IMG/VR virus record: IMGVR_UViG_3300037475_000199
Location: 1 to 64,000 of that record
Source of the DNA: a virus
Strand: one strand, 5' to 3'
DNA: 64,000 nucleotides
In this document: piece by piece, positions 52,857-62,347 of the stretch
Layout: each line of letters opens with the position of its first letter
Numbering within the stretch: position 1 is the first letter of the stretch
Translations under genes and position numbers: made by a program
The notes under the pieces: model-generated
The model's input: only the letters and a program-made list of their open reading frames with translations
The model's database searches: none
Told to the model about the DNA's origin: nothing

Positions 52857-53660
52857 ATGAATTTATCAGTTTTTAGATATCCAGGAGGAAAATCAAAATT
52901 AATTTCTATCTTAGGTTCTTATATTAATGATTTAAAAATTGAATCTTATAATGCATTTTGCGACGCATTTGTAGGAGGAGGTTCCGTTTTATTAAGTATA
53001 GCGGAAAAATATCCTAATATAAAACTGTATGCTAATGATAAAGATTTTGGAATAGCTTCCTTTTGGCAAATAGTATCAAGCAGTGATACTTTAAAATTGC
53101 AGGAGCTGCTAAAGCTAATGGAGCAGCCAGTTACGCTAGAACATTTTAATAAATTGCGCCAGGCAGTCCCATCAACCGATGTTGATGCTGCCTACCAAGC
53201 AATATTTTTTAACCGTACAACCTTTTCTGGAATTGCAAGCAGTGGTCCTATTGGTGGAAAAGAACAAAAATCAAAATACAAAGTAGATTGTAGATACAAT
53301 TTCACTAAATTAAAACAAAAAATATTAAAATGTAATAAGCTGTTGTCTGGTAGAACTGATATTTCTAATGTAAGCTTCTCAGAATATTCTGTTTTACATT
53401 CGGATATTCCTACTTATGTTGATCCGCCATATTATATAAAAGGAGATTCTCTTTATACAGAGAAAATGTCTCCACAGAATCATCAAGAGTTATTTGAGAT
53501 TTTAAATAATAAGAAAAATTGGGTATTGTCCTATGATGATCATCCTTTTATAAAAGACTTATATAAAGACCATACAATTATAGATTTAGCTGCTCGTTAT
53601 TGTATTAATGGAAATAAAGAGTCTTGGGAACATAAAAACGAATTAATAATCACATGTTAG
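52857..53660 (+). CDS. dam: Dam-type N6-adenine DNA methyltransferase
   Basis: VFRYPGGKSKL is the SAM-binding motif. VDPPYYIKG is motif IV (DPPY). Confidence 0.6.
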   Translation: MNLSVFRYPGGKSKLISILGSYINDLKIESYNAFCDAFVGGGSVLLSIAEKYPNIKLYANDKDFGIASFWQIVSSSDTLKLQELLKLMEQPVTLEHFNKLRQAVPSTDVDAAYQAIFFNRTTFSGIASSGPIGGKEQKSKYKVDCRYNFTKLKQKILKCNKLLSGRTDISNVSFSEYSVLHSDIPTYVDPPYYIKGDSLYTEKMSPQNHQELFEILNNKKNWVLSYDDHPFIKDLYKDHTIIDLAARYCINGNKESWEHKNELIITC

Positions 53661-53953
53661 ATATAATCACAATAATATTAGCTATATTTGGACTATCTTT
53701 TTTAATTAAAGATTCTAATGGTCCTTGGGATATTGTTTCTACGCTAAGAAACAAACTTATAACTAATAAATATGTTGGAGTTTTCTTCTTTAAATTTTTT
53801 GATTGTTACTTTTGTGTAGGTTGTCATTCAGGATGGATGATTTACTTGTTAACGCAGAAAGATTATCATCTCAATTTTTTAATTTGCTGGTCCCTTGCAG
53901 GCGGAATTATCAGCCTTATGTTGGACGCTGTCCTCACGAAACTTCATCAATAA
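53654..53953 (+). CDS. small membrane protein
   Basis: Three hydrophobic segments. Confidence 0.35.
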   Translation: MLDIITIILAIFGLSFLIKDSNGPWDIVSTLRNKLITNKYVGVFFFKFFDCYFCVGCHSGWMIYLLTQKDYHLNFLICWSLAGGIISLMLDAVLTKLHQ

Positions 53954-53980
53954 TTATTTATAATATTTTCGCATATATTT

Positions 53981-54166
53981 GTGAAATATTTAATAATATT
54001 ATTCCTTCTATTTGGTTGTGCTCGTCCAGAGCCCAAATCACCAGAAGTTGAATGTGGTAAAAATTTCTCTTGCTGTTATAAAGTGGGCAAGAATACTTCC
54101 GTTTGTGCTAAATACAACGGAGATCACGATCAACATAGATTCATATATTTTCAATTCAAACAATAA
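53981..54166 (+). CDS. small lipoprotein
   Basis: MKYLIILFLLFGCA is a signal peptide with an L-F-G-C lipobox. Cys-rich mature part. Confidence 0.4.
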   Translation: MKYLIILFLLFGCARPEPKSPEVECGKNFSCCYKVGKNTSVCAKYNGDHDQHRFIYFQFKQ

Positions 54167-54184
54167 TATCACAAGGATATAACT

Positions 54185-55690
54185 ATGGCAGAGAAATTAG
54201 TTGCTTATTCGGCAGGCGAAGAACCGTCTTTTCCTGGAGATTATGATGTAGTAAAAAGGACTACATTAAATTTTACAGACATTATTAACAACAACAATAA
54301 ATATTATAATTTAGAAGTTCAAGTTGCTAAGAATGGCAGTTCAAGAATTTTTACTCAGTATGGTCGAGTAGGCGGAACGGCAGCCAAAGAATATCGAGTA
54401 GCAGCTAATCAGTCTCATGCTGAAACTGAAGCCGAAAAAATTATCAAGTCCAAAACTAAAAAGGGCTATGTTGAAGTTAAATTGGTAAAAGCTGATATTG
54501 GGTCCGAAGCAGGCAAGGCTAAAGTTGATACTTCAGCTTCTAGCGTATCAGTTGATACACTTAAAAAGATGGGTGTTAAAGTTCAGGAAGCAGAAACCAG
54601 TAAATTACATCCTGAAATTGGAGATTTAGTTAGAACTTGGTTCGGCGTTACACAGGAATTTATTGAATTAAATCTTGACACTAAAAAGTGTCCATTAGGT
54701 CAATTATCGATTGATCAAATTGATAAAGCAAAAGAAATATTAGATGAAGCTCGTTTAATTATTCATGCATCTAAACCAGATGTATTAGAATTAAATAAAT
54801 TAACTAACTCTTATTATAGTAACATTCCTCATAACTTTGGTTATGGTAGAATTAATGCCGATGTACTTCGTTTAGACAACGATGATAAGGTAAATAAAGC
54901 TTTTGATATATTAGATGTTTTTGGTTCAGCTAAAAACGTTCAAAGTGTTATTTCAAAGAAATCGGCTGTAGACTCTCAGTATGCCACTTTAAATGCTGAT
55001 TTAAATTTTATTGATCCAAAAGATCCTATTTGGAAATGGATTGACACTATGTTGCATGAGACTAAAGCTAGCAATCATCATTTCTTAGGCAAATTAAAAA
55101 CTCATAAAATTTATAAAGTAAATCGTAAAGGTGAAGAACAGTATTTTCTTAAGAATGCAGAGAAGATTGCTAAAGAATGTGGAAAGCATGATCCTTCTCC
55201 AGTTTACTCTAAATTAGTTAAATCTCGCCCAGATGTATCAAAAGAGCTAAGAGATTTGTATGCAAGAGCTAACGTTTCTCCTGGTTGGCATGGAACTCGT
55301 AGAGCTAATATGATTGGCATTACTACTAAAGGTCTTTTAATTAGACCTTCAGGTGTAGTTCATGCTGGTTCAATGTATGGTGACGGTGTTTACTGGGCTA
55401 CTAATAGTACTAAGAGCATCAATTACTGTGATGTTCGTGGCTCATATTGGGCTGCTGGTACAAATAAAACGGCTTATTTATTCTTAGGTGATGTTGCTTT
55501 TGGTAATTATAAATATGCTAATGGCTCACAATATTATAATAGAAAGAATATTTCGCCAGCACATTCTGTTTTTGCTCAAGGCGGGAAGAGCGGAGTATTG
55601 AATGACGAAATTATTACTTATACTCCATCGGGTCCAGAGCAACAACATTGTTTAAGATATATTATTGAATTCGAAACACAAGCAAAATGA
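54185..55690 (+). CDS. PARP-like ADP-ribosyltransferase (WGR domain plus PARP catalytic domain; H-Y-D variant)
   Basis: WGR-like YYNLEVQ...QYGRVGG. Catalytic WHGTRRANMIGI...GSMYGDGVYWA carries the H-G-T motif and Tyr. YLFLGDVAFGNY aligns with PARP1 LLLGEVALG, with Asp in place of the catalytic Glu. Confidence 0.6.
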   Translation: MAEKLVAYSAGEEPSFPGDYDVVKRTTLNFTDIINNNNKYYNLEVQVAKNGSSRIFTQYGRVGGTAAKEYRVAANQSHAETEAEKIIKSKTKKGYVEVKLVKADIGSEAGKAKVDTSASSVSVDTLKKMGVKVQEAETSKLHPEIGDLVRTWFGVTQEFIELNLDTKKCPLGQLSIDQIDKAKEILDEARLIIHASKPDVLELNKLTNSYYSNIPHNFGYGRINADVLRLDNDDKVNKAFDILDVFGSAKNVQSVISKKSAVDSQYATLNADLNFIDPKDPIWKWIDTMLHETKASNHHFLGKLKTHKIYKVNRKGEEQYFLKNAEKIAKECGKHDPSPVYSKLVKSRPDVSKELRDLYARANVSPGWHGTRRANMIGITTKGLLIRPSGVVHAGSMYGDGVYWATNSTKSINYCDVRGSYWAAGTNKTAYLFLGDVAFGNYKYANGSQYYNRKNISPAHSVFAQGGKSGVLNDEIITYTPSGPEQQHCLRYIIEFETQAK

Positions 55691-56949
55691 AAATTGGATT
55701 ATTAACATTTCCCAGATTAACCAATAATTTTGCTGAGGGTAGACCAACTCTACTTGCACAAAAGCTGGAACCATCAGTATTATTTTTATCTCCATCTTAT
55801 GGAGAATTAGTCTTTATAGAAGACAACGTTCCTAGAGATGATATTGATTTATACTTATGTTCTGTATATACTCGTGGTTTAAGTGAGTTTATTACGTTTT
55901 CAAAGGCAGTAGGTAGAGACAAAGTAATTGCCGGAGGATATCATCCAACAGCAATGCCAGAAGAAATGCTGCCTTACGCTCATAAAGTAGTTACTGGTTA
56001 TTGTGACAACATCGATCAAATCATTGATGGTCCCACTGGAGTATCTAAAGGTTCTTTTGGTTTTACTAAGATGCGAAGAGATCTTGTTGATATGAAGTCA
56101 ATGACTCAAATTTATCCGGATATTTATCCAGATGATATTAGTGGTTCAATGGTTTCTTCTGTCGGATGTCCTTATGATTGTGACTTTTGCTCAACTCCAT
56201 CTATGTCTGGCAGAAAAATGCGAACAGCCAGCTTAGATTATGTAGCAGAAGAAATTGAAGACCTATTAAAGCATAATGTTACTACTGTTTTTATTAGAGA
56301 TGAAAGTTTTGCAACTCATCCAATGATGGCTGAAGTAGCTCCTTTATTTAAAGATAAATTTAAAGTTTTATATTCATTTGGAACCTCTGGTGTCTTTGCT
56401 AAAAAGCCAGAATTACTTAAAGTCTTAAAAGAGAGCGGCTGGCATTCTCTTAATATTGGATTAGAAGACGTTGGGGTAAAATATAGAAAAAATCTTAACT
56501 TAAAAATGGGTGTTGAAAATATTCATCGTAATGGTCTTCAACACGTAATGTCATTCATTGTAAATGATGATGGAAAATCTTTAGAAGAAGCTAAAGCAAA
56601 CTATAATTCTTTATATGATGCCTTTATAGATCTTAAACCATTGCAAGTTTGCGCGAACTTTTTGATGCCTTTTCCAGGAACGCAATTATGGCAATCATAT
56701 AAAGATCGTATGTCAGAAAAAGATTTTGATAATTTTGATTCAAAAACACCTATTTTTACTAAAGGTCCGATGCATGAATGGCACAAGAGGATGTTAGTTG
56801 CTGTACAACTCAAGTATTATTTAAGTGATTCTTATAATAAGAATGTAAGAAACTTTAATTGTGGAGATACGCTTAATCTTAGGATGAATGAGTTGCAAAA
56901 AGAATTTGGTTTAGATAATTTGTCGTGGGATAAACTATTAGAAATATGA
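55687..56949 (+). CDS. B12-binding-domain radical-SAM enzyme
   Basis: CPYDCDFC is the CxxxCxxC motif. N-terminal VIAGGYHPTAMPEEM resembles the class B cobalamin-binding region. ATGA overlap with the PARP gene indicates translational coupling. Confidence 0.55.
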   Translation: MKIGLLTFPRLTNNFAEGRPTLLAQKLEPSVLFLSPSYGELVFIEDNVPRDDIDLYLCSVYTRGLSEFITFSKAVGRDKVIAGGYHPTAMPEEMLPYAHKVVTGYCDNIDQIIDGPTGVSKGSFGFTKMRRDLVDMKSMTQIYPDIYPDDISGSMVSSVGCPYDCDFCSTPSMSGRKMRTASLDYVAEEIEDLLKHNVTTVFIRDESFATHPMMAEVAPLFKDKFKVLYSFGTSGVFAKKPELLKVLKESGWHSLNIGLEDVGVKYRKNLNLKMGVENIHRNGLQHVMSFIVNDDGKSLEEAKANYNSLYDAFIDLKPLQVCANFLMPFPGTQLWQSYKDRMSEKDFDNFDSKTPIFTKGPMHEWHKRMLVAVQLKYYLSDSYNKNVRNFNCGDTLNLRMNELQKEFGLDNLSWDKLLEI

Positions 56950-57136
56950 AGTTGTAGAAAATCTTGCAAATCTGACTAATAAGGTAATAAGAAAATTTAA
57001 TTACCTTGGGGAAGCTGAGCATTATATAAAAACAGAAAATAAGCCGAATTTAAGAATTAGACATTTGCCATTGCTAGAAACTTCTGTCTCAGGCGTTATT
57101 AGATTCTATAAATTAGAGCCTTATTGAGAAAATAAA

Positions 57137-57361
57137 ATGGGAATATTTATCTTTAATGATTCTGTGGTTTTTCATAAGCTAACTTCTCTTAAAATAATCA
57201 ATAAAGTTTTAAGGGGATTAGAAGCCAAATTTCCAATTGAAGTATATCCCAATTATGCAACTGAAAAAGATTTCTATAAATATACATTTAAAGAATCTAT
57301 TACTGATGAAACCTTAAAGAGGGCTTACGAATATTTAAGTAAGTTTAATAAAAATGCATAA
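57137..57361 (+). CDS. small hypothetical protein
   Basis: ORF only. Confidence 0.3.
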   Translation: MGIFIFNDSVVFHKLTSLKIINKVLRGLEAKFPIEVYPNYATEKDFYKYTFKESITDETLKRAYEYLSKFNKNA

Positions 57362-57626
57362 AAAGAAAACAAAGAAAAAATCTGCTTATAAAATTATGAA
57401 AGTATTTGATTGTCAAGATATGCCAGAAAATATTCGTCAAATGTTCTTTGAACTGTGTGAATCTGGCAATGATTGTTATGTTGATTGGACCATTAATGGT
57501 ACGACAGACGAATATATAACAGATGAAGAAAAAGCAATTGATGCTTGGTTGATATCTAATGGAGCGAATGGCGCTCCATCTGAAGATGATTCAGGAGAAG
57601 ATATATTAATTAGGCATTGGTGGTAA
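57354..57626 (+). CDS. small hypothetical protein
   Basis: The ORF overlaps the upstream stop. Confidence 0.3.
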   Translation: MHKKKTKKKSAYKIMKVFDCQDMPENIRQMFFELCESGNDCYVDWTINGTTDEYITDEEKAIDAWLISNGANGAPSEDDSGEDILIRHWW

Positions 57627-57627
57627 T

Positions 57628-58371
57628 ATGTTTAATAAATTTAATAAAATTTTAAACCTAATAAAACAAAGTTCTTCTCCATTTATTTTGTGTGCCATCG
57701 CTGCTGCATGTGATAATAAAGGAGAAATCCCTATATCGACATCTTTTTATAAACAAATAATAACTAAATATGGACCAAATATATCTAAAGGTAAAACTCC
57801 CCAAAATACTTTAAGCACATTATTACAATATCAGACTGGACTTGGAAGAACTATATTTCGTCGTAGGTCAAATAATTTAGAGTTAATAGATAAATCATAT
57901 TTGTCCACATTAAAAGAAGTTGCGCTTAGTTATTTGCCACCAACTTCTTTAAACATTAATAATGTTAAGCCTTTTATATCACTAACGACTCAAGCGCCGC
58001 AACCTTTAATTGATGAATTTAAAGTTCCTAAACAACATTTACAATCATACTTAAATGAAGGAATTTATATTGGAGTTGATCAAGAAACAAAAGATGGCAA
58101 AATTCAAATTAAAATAGGAAGATCTAATGATATTAAATCTCGTTTTAAAAGTTTAAAGCCGTATAAACTTGGAGCAATAGTGTCTGCTGACTTTTCAATC
58201 AAAGAAGAAAACAAATTTAAAAATAAATATTTGGAATTTAAACATGACGGCGAATATTTTCTTGTACCAAAAGATATATATAAAGAAATTATATCTTTAG
58301 ATGTTTCAAAAGAATATTCGCCTATTTCTTTAAAAAAGAAAATAGAAGATTTAATTGGAAAGAAAATATAA
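57628..58371 (+). CDS. hypothetical protein
   Basis: ORF only. Confidence 0.4.
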   Translation: MFNKFNKILNLIKQSSSPFILCAIAAACDNKGEIPISTSFYKQIITKYGPNISKGKTPQNTLSTLLQYQTGLGRTIFRRRSNNLELIDKSYLSTLKEVALSYLPPTSLNINNVKPFISLTTQAPQPLIDEFKVPKQHLQSYLNEGIYIGVDQETKDGKIQIKIGRSNDIKSRFKSLKPYKLGAIVSADFSIKEENKFKNKYLEFKHDGEYFLVPKDIYKEIISLDVSKEYSPISLKKKIEDLIGKKI

Positions 58372-58388
58372 TTTATGGAAAAAATTTA

Positions 58389-58865
58389 ATGATTACTATA
58401 ATTCAGGGAGATTTAATAGAAGCTAAAGAGAAATATTTGATCCACCAAACAAATTGTGTTTCGCATTTCGCGGCAGGTATTGCACAAACTATTTTTTCTA
58501 AATTTCCATATGCTAATGTTTATGCTAATAGAATAGAAGAAGACTTACCTGGACATATAGTTATTTGTGGTAACGGTAAAGATCAAAGATACATTGTTAA
58601 TTTAATGGGTCAGTTCTATCCTGGTGGATATTCTGAATCAGACATTGACAATGAAAAAGCACGACAACAATATTTCCACAAAGGATTACTTAGATTGGCT
58701 AAAATTCCTAATTTAGAGAGTGTTGCTTTTAATTTTAAAATTGGATGCGGAATTGGCGGAGGTAATTGGAATTGGTATAAAGGTACTCTTGAAAACTTTG
58801 CTAATTATATTGATAGTACACAAGGAGCTAAAACTTTTATCTATCAAAGAGAAGGTGACGTTTAA
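58389..58865 (+). CDS. macrodomain (ADP-ribose binding/hydrolase) protein
   Basis: ITIIQGDLIEAKEKYLIHQTNCVSHFAAGIAQ parallels the macro signature GDIT...IVNAAN..L.GGgGV. Confidence 0.55.
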   Translation: MITIIQGDLIEAKEKYLIHQTNCVSHFAAGIAQTIFSKFPYANVYANRIEEDLPGHIVICGNGKDQRYIVNLMGQFYPGGYSESDIDNEKARQQYFHKGLLRLAKIPNLESVAFNFKIGCGIGGGNWNWYKGTLENFANYIDSTQGAKTFIYQREGDV

Positions 58866-59197
58866 TGAAAAACGGATTAATAATTGATGATTATGGTACT
58901 CAAAAATGGTATAAAGAAGATCTTTTACATAAAGAAGACGGTCCTGCCGTAATCTGGAAAAGTGGAGATAAAGAATACCGCATTAATGGACAACTTCACA
59001 GAGAAGATGGTCCTGCTATTGAGTATAATAATTTTCATATGTGGTATTTTAATGATAAACTTCATAGAGTTGAAGGCGCCGCCGTCATTGACATTTTTAA
59101 TGATGAAAAAGAGTATTGGTATAAAGGAAAATCAGTTGAGGACATAGAAACTGACGAGGATTTTAAAAATTTCATCAAATTCAAGGCGTTTTGGTAA
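58865..59197 (+). CDS. MORN-repeat protein with KFKAFW tail
   Basis: LLHKEDGPA and QLHREDGPA repeats. C-terminus DEDFKNFIKFKAFW. Confidence 0.55.
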   Translation: MKNGLIIDDYGTQKWYKEDLLHKEDGPAVIWKSGDKEYRINGQLHREDGPAIEYNNFHMWYFNDKLHRVEGAAVIDIFNDEKEYWYKGKSVEDIETDEDFKNFIKFKAFW

Positions 59198-59199
59198 AC

Positions 59200-59658
59200 A
59201 TGACAATTAAGTTTTATACTTCTGCCGAACCATATGGATATTTAAATAATTTTAAAAAGTCGCCTATGTTTGTGTATGGTCGTTGGTGGAAAAATGTTGA
59301 ATCAGCTTATCAAGCACAAAAGACAATTATTCCAGAAGAATATAATAAAATTTGGTTAGCTAAACATCCAAGAGAAGCAAGAAATTTAGGACAAATAGTT
59401 CATATTAGAAAAGATTGGGATGAAATAAAAGTCTCAGTTATGTATGAATGTGTTTTAGCAAAATTTGTTCAAAATAAAGATTTTAGAAATAGATTGTTTT
59501 CTACTGGTGATGAAGAAATTGCAGAAGATTCTCCAATTGATTCATTTTGGGGATTAGGTCCAAATGGTGACGGATTAAATCATTTGGGTAAAATTCTAAT
59601 GAAAGTTAGAAGTATTTTAAGAACAAATGAATATTATGAATTATTTCAAGGATTATAA
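59200..59658 (+). CDS. NADAR (DUF1768/YbiA-like) domain protein, copy 2
   Basis: FYTSAEPYGYLNNF...VESAYQAQKT...FWGLG...LGKILMKVR matches the NADAR signature. ATG 59200, or TTG 59191. Confidence 0.6.
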   Translation: MTIKFYTSAEPYGYLNNFKKSPMFVYGRWWKNVESAYQAQKTIIPEEYNKIWLAKHPREARNLGQIVHIRKDWDEIKVSVMYECVLAKFVQNKDFRNRLFSTGDEEIAEDSPIDSFWGLGPNGDGLNHLGKILMKVRSILRTNEYYELFQGL

Positions 59659-60140
59659 TGACACAAAAAGAAAAATATATATTTAATGTTGGTGATCGTG
59701 TGGCTGTTAGTTTAAATCATAATGGAGATTTATCTACAAAATTTGTTTATGATGGTAATCATGGGTTAGAATATGGTGAAGTTATTTCAGTTTTACCTAA
59801 AAATAAATTACTTATTTTATGGGAGGCAGCCTATTTAAATCACTCCAATTACAGTACTAAAACTGGAAAATATACTTATGAACCAAAGATAATGAATTCT
59901 AATGGAATTTTGCCAGCTAAAGATGCCGAAGAGCAATTTTCTGTTTTAGAAAAAGAATTTAAAAAAATAGAAAAAGAGATTAAAGATAAGCTCGAAAATG
60001 CTGCAAAATTAATTATTGAAGCAGATAAGCTTGCTAGCAAGGCAACTGATGGCACTTTGTCTGACATGTATGACGCAATCTCTCCACTATATGATGCAAT
60101 GGATAAGTGTGGTTGGAATACCTCATCTTTTAGTTGTTAA
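59658..60140 (+). CDS. hypothetical protein
   Basis: Its start overlaps the NADAR stop. Confidence 0.4.
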   Translation: MTQKEKYIFNVGDRVAVSLNHNGDLSTKFVYDGNHGLEYGEVISVLPKNKLLILWEAAYLNHSNYSTKTGKYTYEPKIMNSNGILPAKDAEEQFSVLEKEFKKIEKEIKDKLENAAKLIIEADKLASKATDGTLSDMYDAISPLYDAMDKCGWNTSSFSC

Positions 60141-60227
60141 ATTAAAAAATAAACAACCCCTTGCGCCCTTATTTATAAAATATATGATATTATTGCAGAT
60201 TTTTATTACCGATTTTAAAGAGGAAAA

Positions 60228-60743
60228 ATGATTCAATTACAAGATGTAGTATTAAATGTTGTTAAAGATTTTGTGAAGAATGAAGTATTATTTACTGGTC
60301 TTGATGTAAGTAATGAAGTTAAAAAGACTTTACCTTTTGCTAAACATAAAGATGTTAGAGATTTGGTTAGAGCTGCTTGGCAATCTGATATTTCTCCACA
60401 AAACTATGATCGTACTCCAATTAAAGTAGTTTTAGTTGATGGTACAGTAGCCGATGCTTTGTTGTATCATCCATTATCTGCTTCTTGGGATTTAGATAAT
60501 CTTTATACTCAACAACAACGTAGCCAAACACTTAATAAAGTGGGCGTTACACAAACGGCACCTGTTACAGTAGCACCAGTAACTTCAGTAAGTGGTACTC
60601 TATCAAAAGCTGATGATGGAACTTTAACAGTAGTTACAGCTCCTGTAAACCCTTTGTCGATCACAGCTGCGCCAGCAGTTAATCCAAGAGATCTTTGGGC
60701 TCAAATGTGGCAAAATCAACCTTCATTATTTCCACGTAAATAA
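60228..60743 (+). CDS. hypothetical protein with A/P/V/T-rich C-terminal low-complexity tail
   Basis: TAPVTVAPVTSVSG...TAPVNPLSITAAPAVNP. Confidence 0.4.
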   Translation: MIQLQDVVLNVVKDFVKNEVLFTGLDVSNEVKKTLPFAKHKDVRDLVRAAWQSDISPQNYDRTPIKVVLVDGTVADALLYHPLSASWDLDNLYTQQQRSQTLNKVGVTQTAPVTVAPVTSVSGTLSKADDGTLTVVTAPVNPLSITAAPAVNPRDLWAQMWQNQPSLFPRK

Positions 60744-60748
60744 TTATT

Positions 60749-61321
60749 TTATAATAGTTTGGTTGGGTCTTCTGGACTACTGGTTGGACCATGATCTAAT
60801 TGCTCAATTTTATCTAATTCTGCTTCAGATTGATAAATATCCATTAACATAGGATTATCTTGTATATATTTTTTTAATTTAGGTATTAATTGACAAAATT
60901 TACTTATACTAAATACTTTGGGTTGTTTAAGGTTATCTTTACCATAAAAAGAAACTTCATGTTTTTTAAGATGATTTTCAATTAAAAATTCTAAATTTTC
61001 CAATATTGCTTTATTTTGTTTAGCATTAGCCCAATTAATTAGATTAAGTGTGCCAGGATAAGGATCTCTTGGATCTATGTCTTTATACAAATCTATTATT
61101 TGTTGATATATTTTAATTAATAATTGACGCAATTCAGGATTAAATCCCTTTTCTTTTAGAATAAAAAGATCACCAGCCAATTCATTAACAATATTTTTTA
61201 ATGCACCAGTGGTATCATAATAAAATTCTTCTAATCGGTCTTTTTGTTGTTTAAGCTTTTCGTCAGTAAAATGCTCGTGAGCTATTTTATTTGCTAATCT
61301 TTGCACTAAAGTACTACTCAT
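60749..61321 (-). CDS. hypothetical protein (minus strand)
   Basis: 190-aa ORF convergent with the upstream gene. An AT-rich divergent intergenic region lies at 61322-61441. Confidence 0.4.
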   Translation of the reverse strand: MSSTLVQRLANKIAHEHFTDEKLKQQKDRLEEFYYDTTGALKNIVNELAGDLFILKEKGFNPELRQLLIKIYQQIIDLYKDIDPRDPYPGTLNLINWANAKQNKAILENLEFLIENHLKKHEVSFYGKDNLKQPKVFSISKFCQLIPKLKKYIQDNPMLMDIYQSEAELDKIEQLDHGPTSSPEDPTKLL

Positions 61322-61441
61322 TTTATACCTAATAATAATATGAAAATATTCAATATGTTTAAGAATTTATAAAATTATTGTTTATTATATCTAATAATGA
61401 CTCGACAATTAAAACTATATTAACTTTTTCTTGAGGAAATT

Positions 61442-61645
61442 ATGCACACTTATAATGAAGCTAATCAAGTTAGATTGATTTTAAAAATGAAGCTATATAG
61501 CTATAGTTGGTATAATAATAGTGAAGTTAGACCTCATAAAGAAGGTTATTCTGTAGCAATTATAGTTAGAGAAATAAATAAAAAAGTTAAAAGATATATA
61601 CCAAAACATATAAACAACATACCTATAAATCTAGAATTAGGTTAA
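61442..61645 (+). CDS. small hypothetical protein
   Basis: ORF only. Confidence 0.3.
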   Translation: MHTYNEANQVRLILKMKLYSYSWYNNSEVRPHKEGYSVAIIVREINKKVKRYIPKHINNIPINLELG

Positions 61646-61655
61646 TGGAGTTAGC

Positions 61656-62318
61656 TTGCGCCTTTGTCATATTTCCGATACTCATGGTCATTTAAATCCA
61701 TTACAAGGATTCTTTGATGTAATTGTTCATTCAGGTGATTTTTTGCCCGATCCTCCGGGCAATCCTTCTTTCAAAGATGAAATAGGTCTTTGGCAACTTG
61801 ATTGGGTAAAAGATAATATAGATTCATTAAAAAAATGGATTGGAAATTATCCGTTCCTTTTTACTTTAGGAAATCATGATCATGTAGATCCTTATGATCT
61901 AGAAAAGCTTTTAAGAAAAAATAATATTGATGCAAATTGCTTACATGATAACATCTTTAAAATAAATGATATTGGATTTTATGGATTTCCATTTGTACCA
62001 TATATTAACGGATCTTTTGCATACGAAAGATTTGAGCCATACATGCAAGATGAGGTTAATGTATTGGTTGAACAAGTGAATGCGGGTAAAGTAAATGTAT
62101 TAGTTTGCCATGCTCCCCCACTAAATATTTTAGATTTATCTTACAGTAAACATCACTTAGGTAGTGCTATAATAGCAAGTGGACTTGCAAAAATTAAGGC
62201 AAAGAAATTGCCATCATATTATTTGTGTGGGCACATACATTACTCTAGAGGTGTAATGTTTAAGCATAATATTTGTTTTAGTAATGCTGCTTGTTTTCAA
62301 CAAATTTTAGAAATTTAA
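61656..62318 (+). CDS. calcineurin-like metallophosphoesterase
   Basis: CHISDTHGH, SGDF and GNHDH are motifs I to III of the MPE family. Confidence 0.55.
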   Translation: MRLCHISDTHGHLNPLQGFFDVIVHSGDFLPDPPGNPSFKDEIGLWQLDWVKDNIDSLKKWIGNYPFLFTLGNHDHVDPYDLEKLLRKNNIDANCLHDNIFKINDIGFYGFPFVPYINGSFAYERFEPYMQDEVNVLVEQVNAGKVNVLVCHAPPLNILDLSYSKHHLGSAIIASGLAKIKAKKLPSYYLCGHIHYSRGVMFKHNICFSNAACFQQILEI

Positions 62319-62347
62319 ATGTATTAATAAAAGATTGGTTTCATTTT

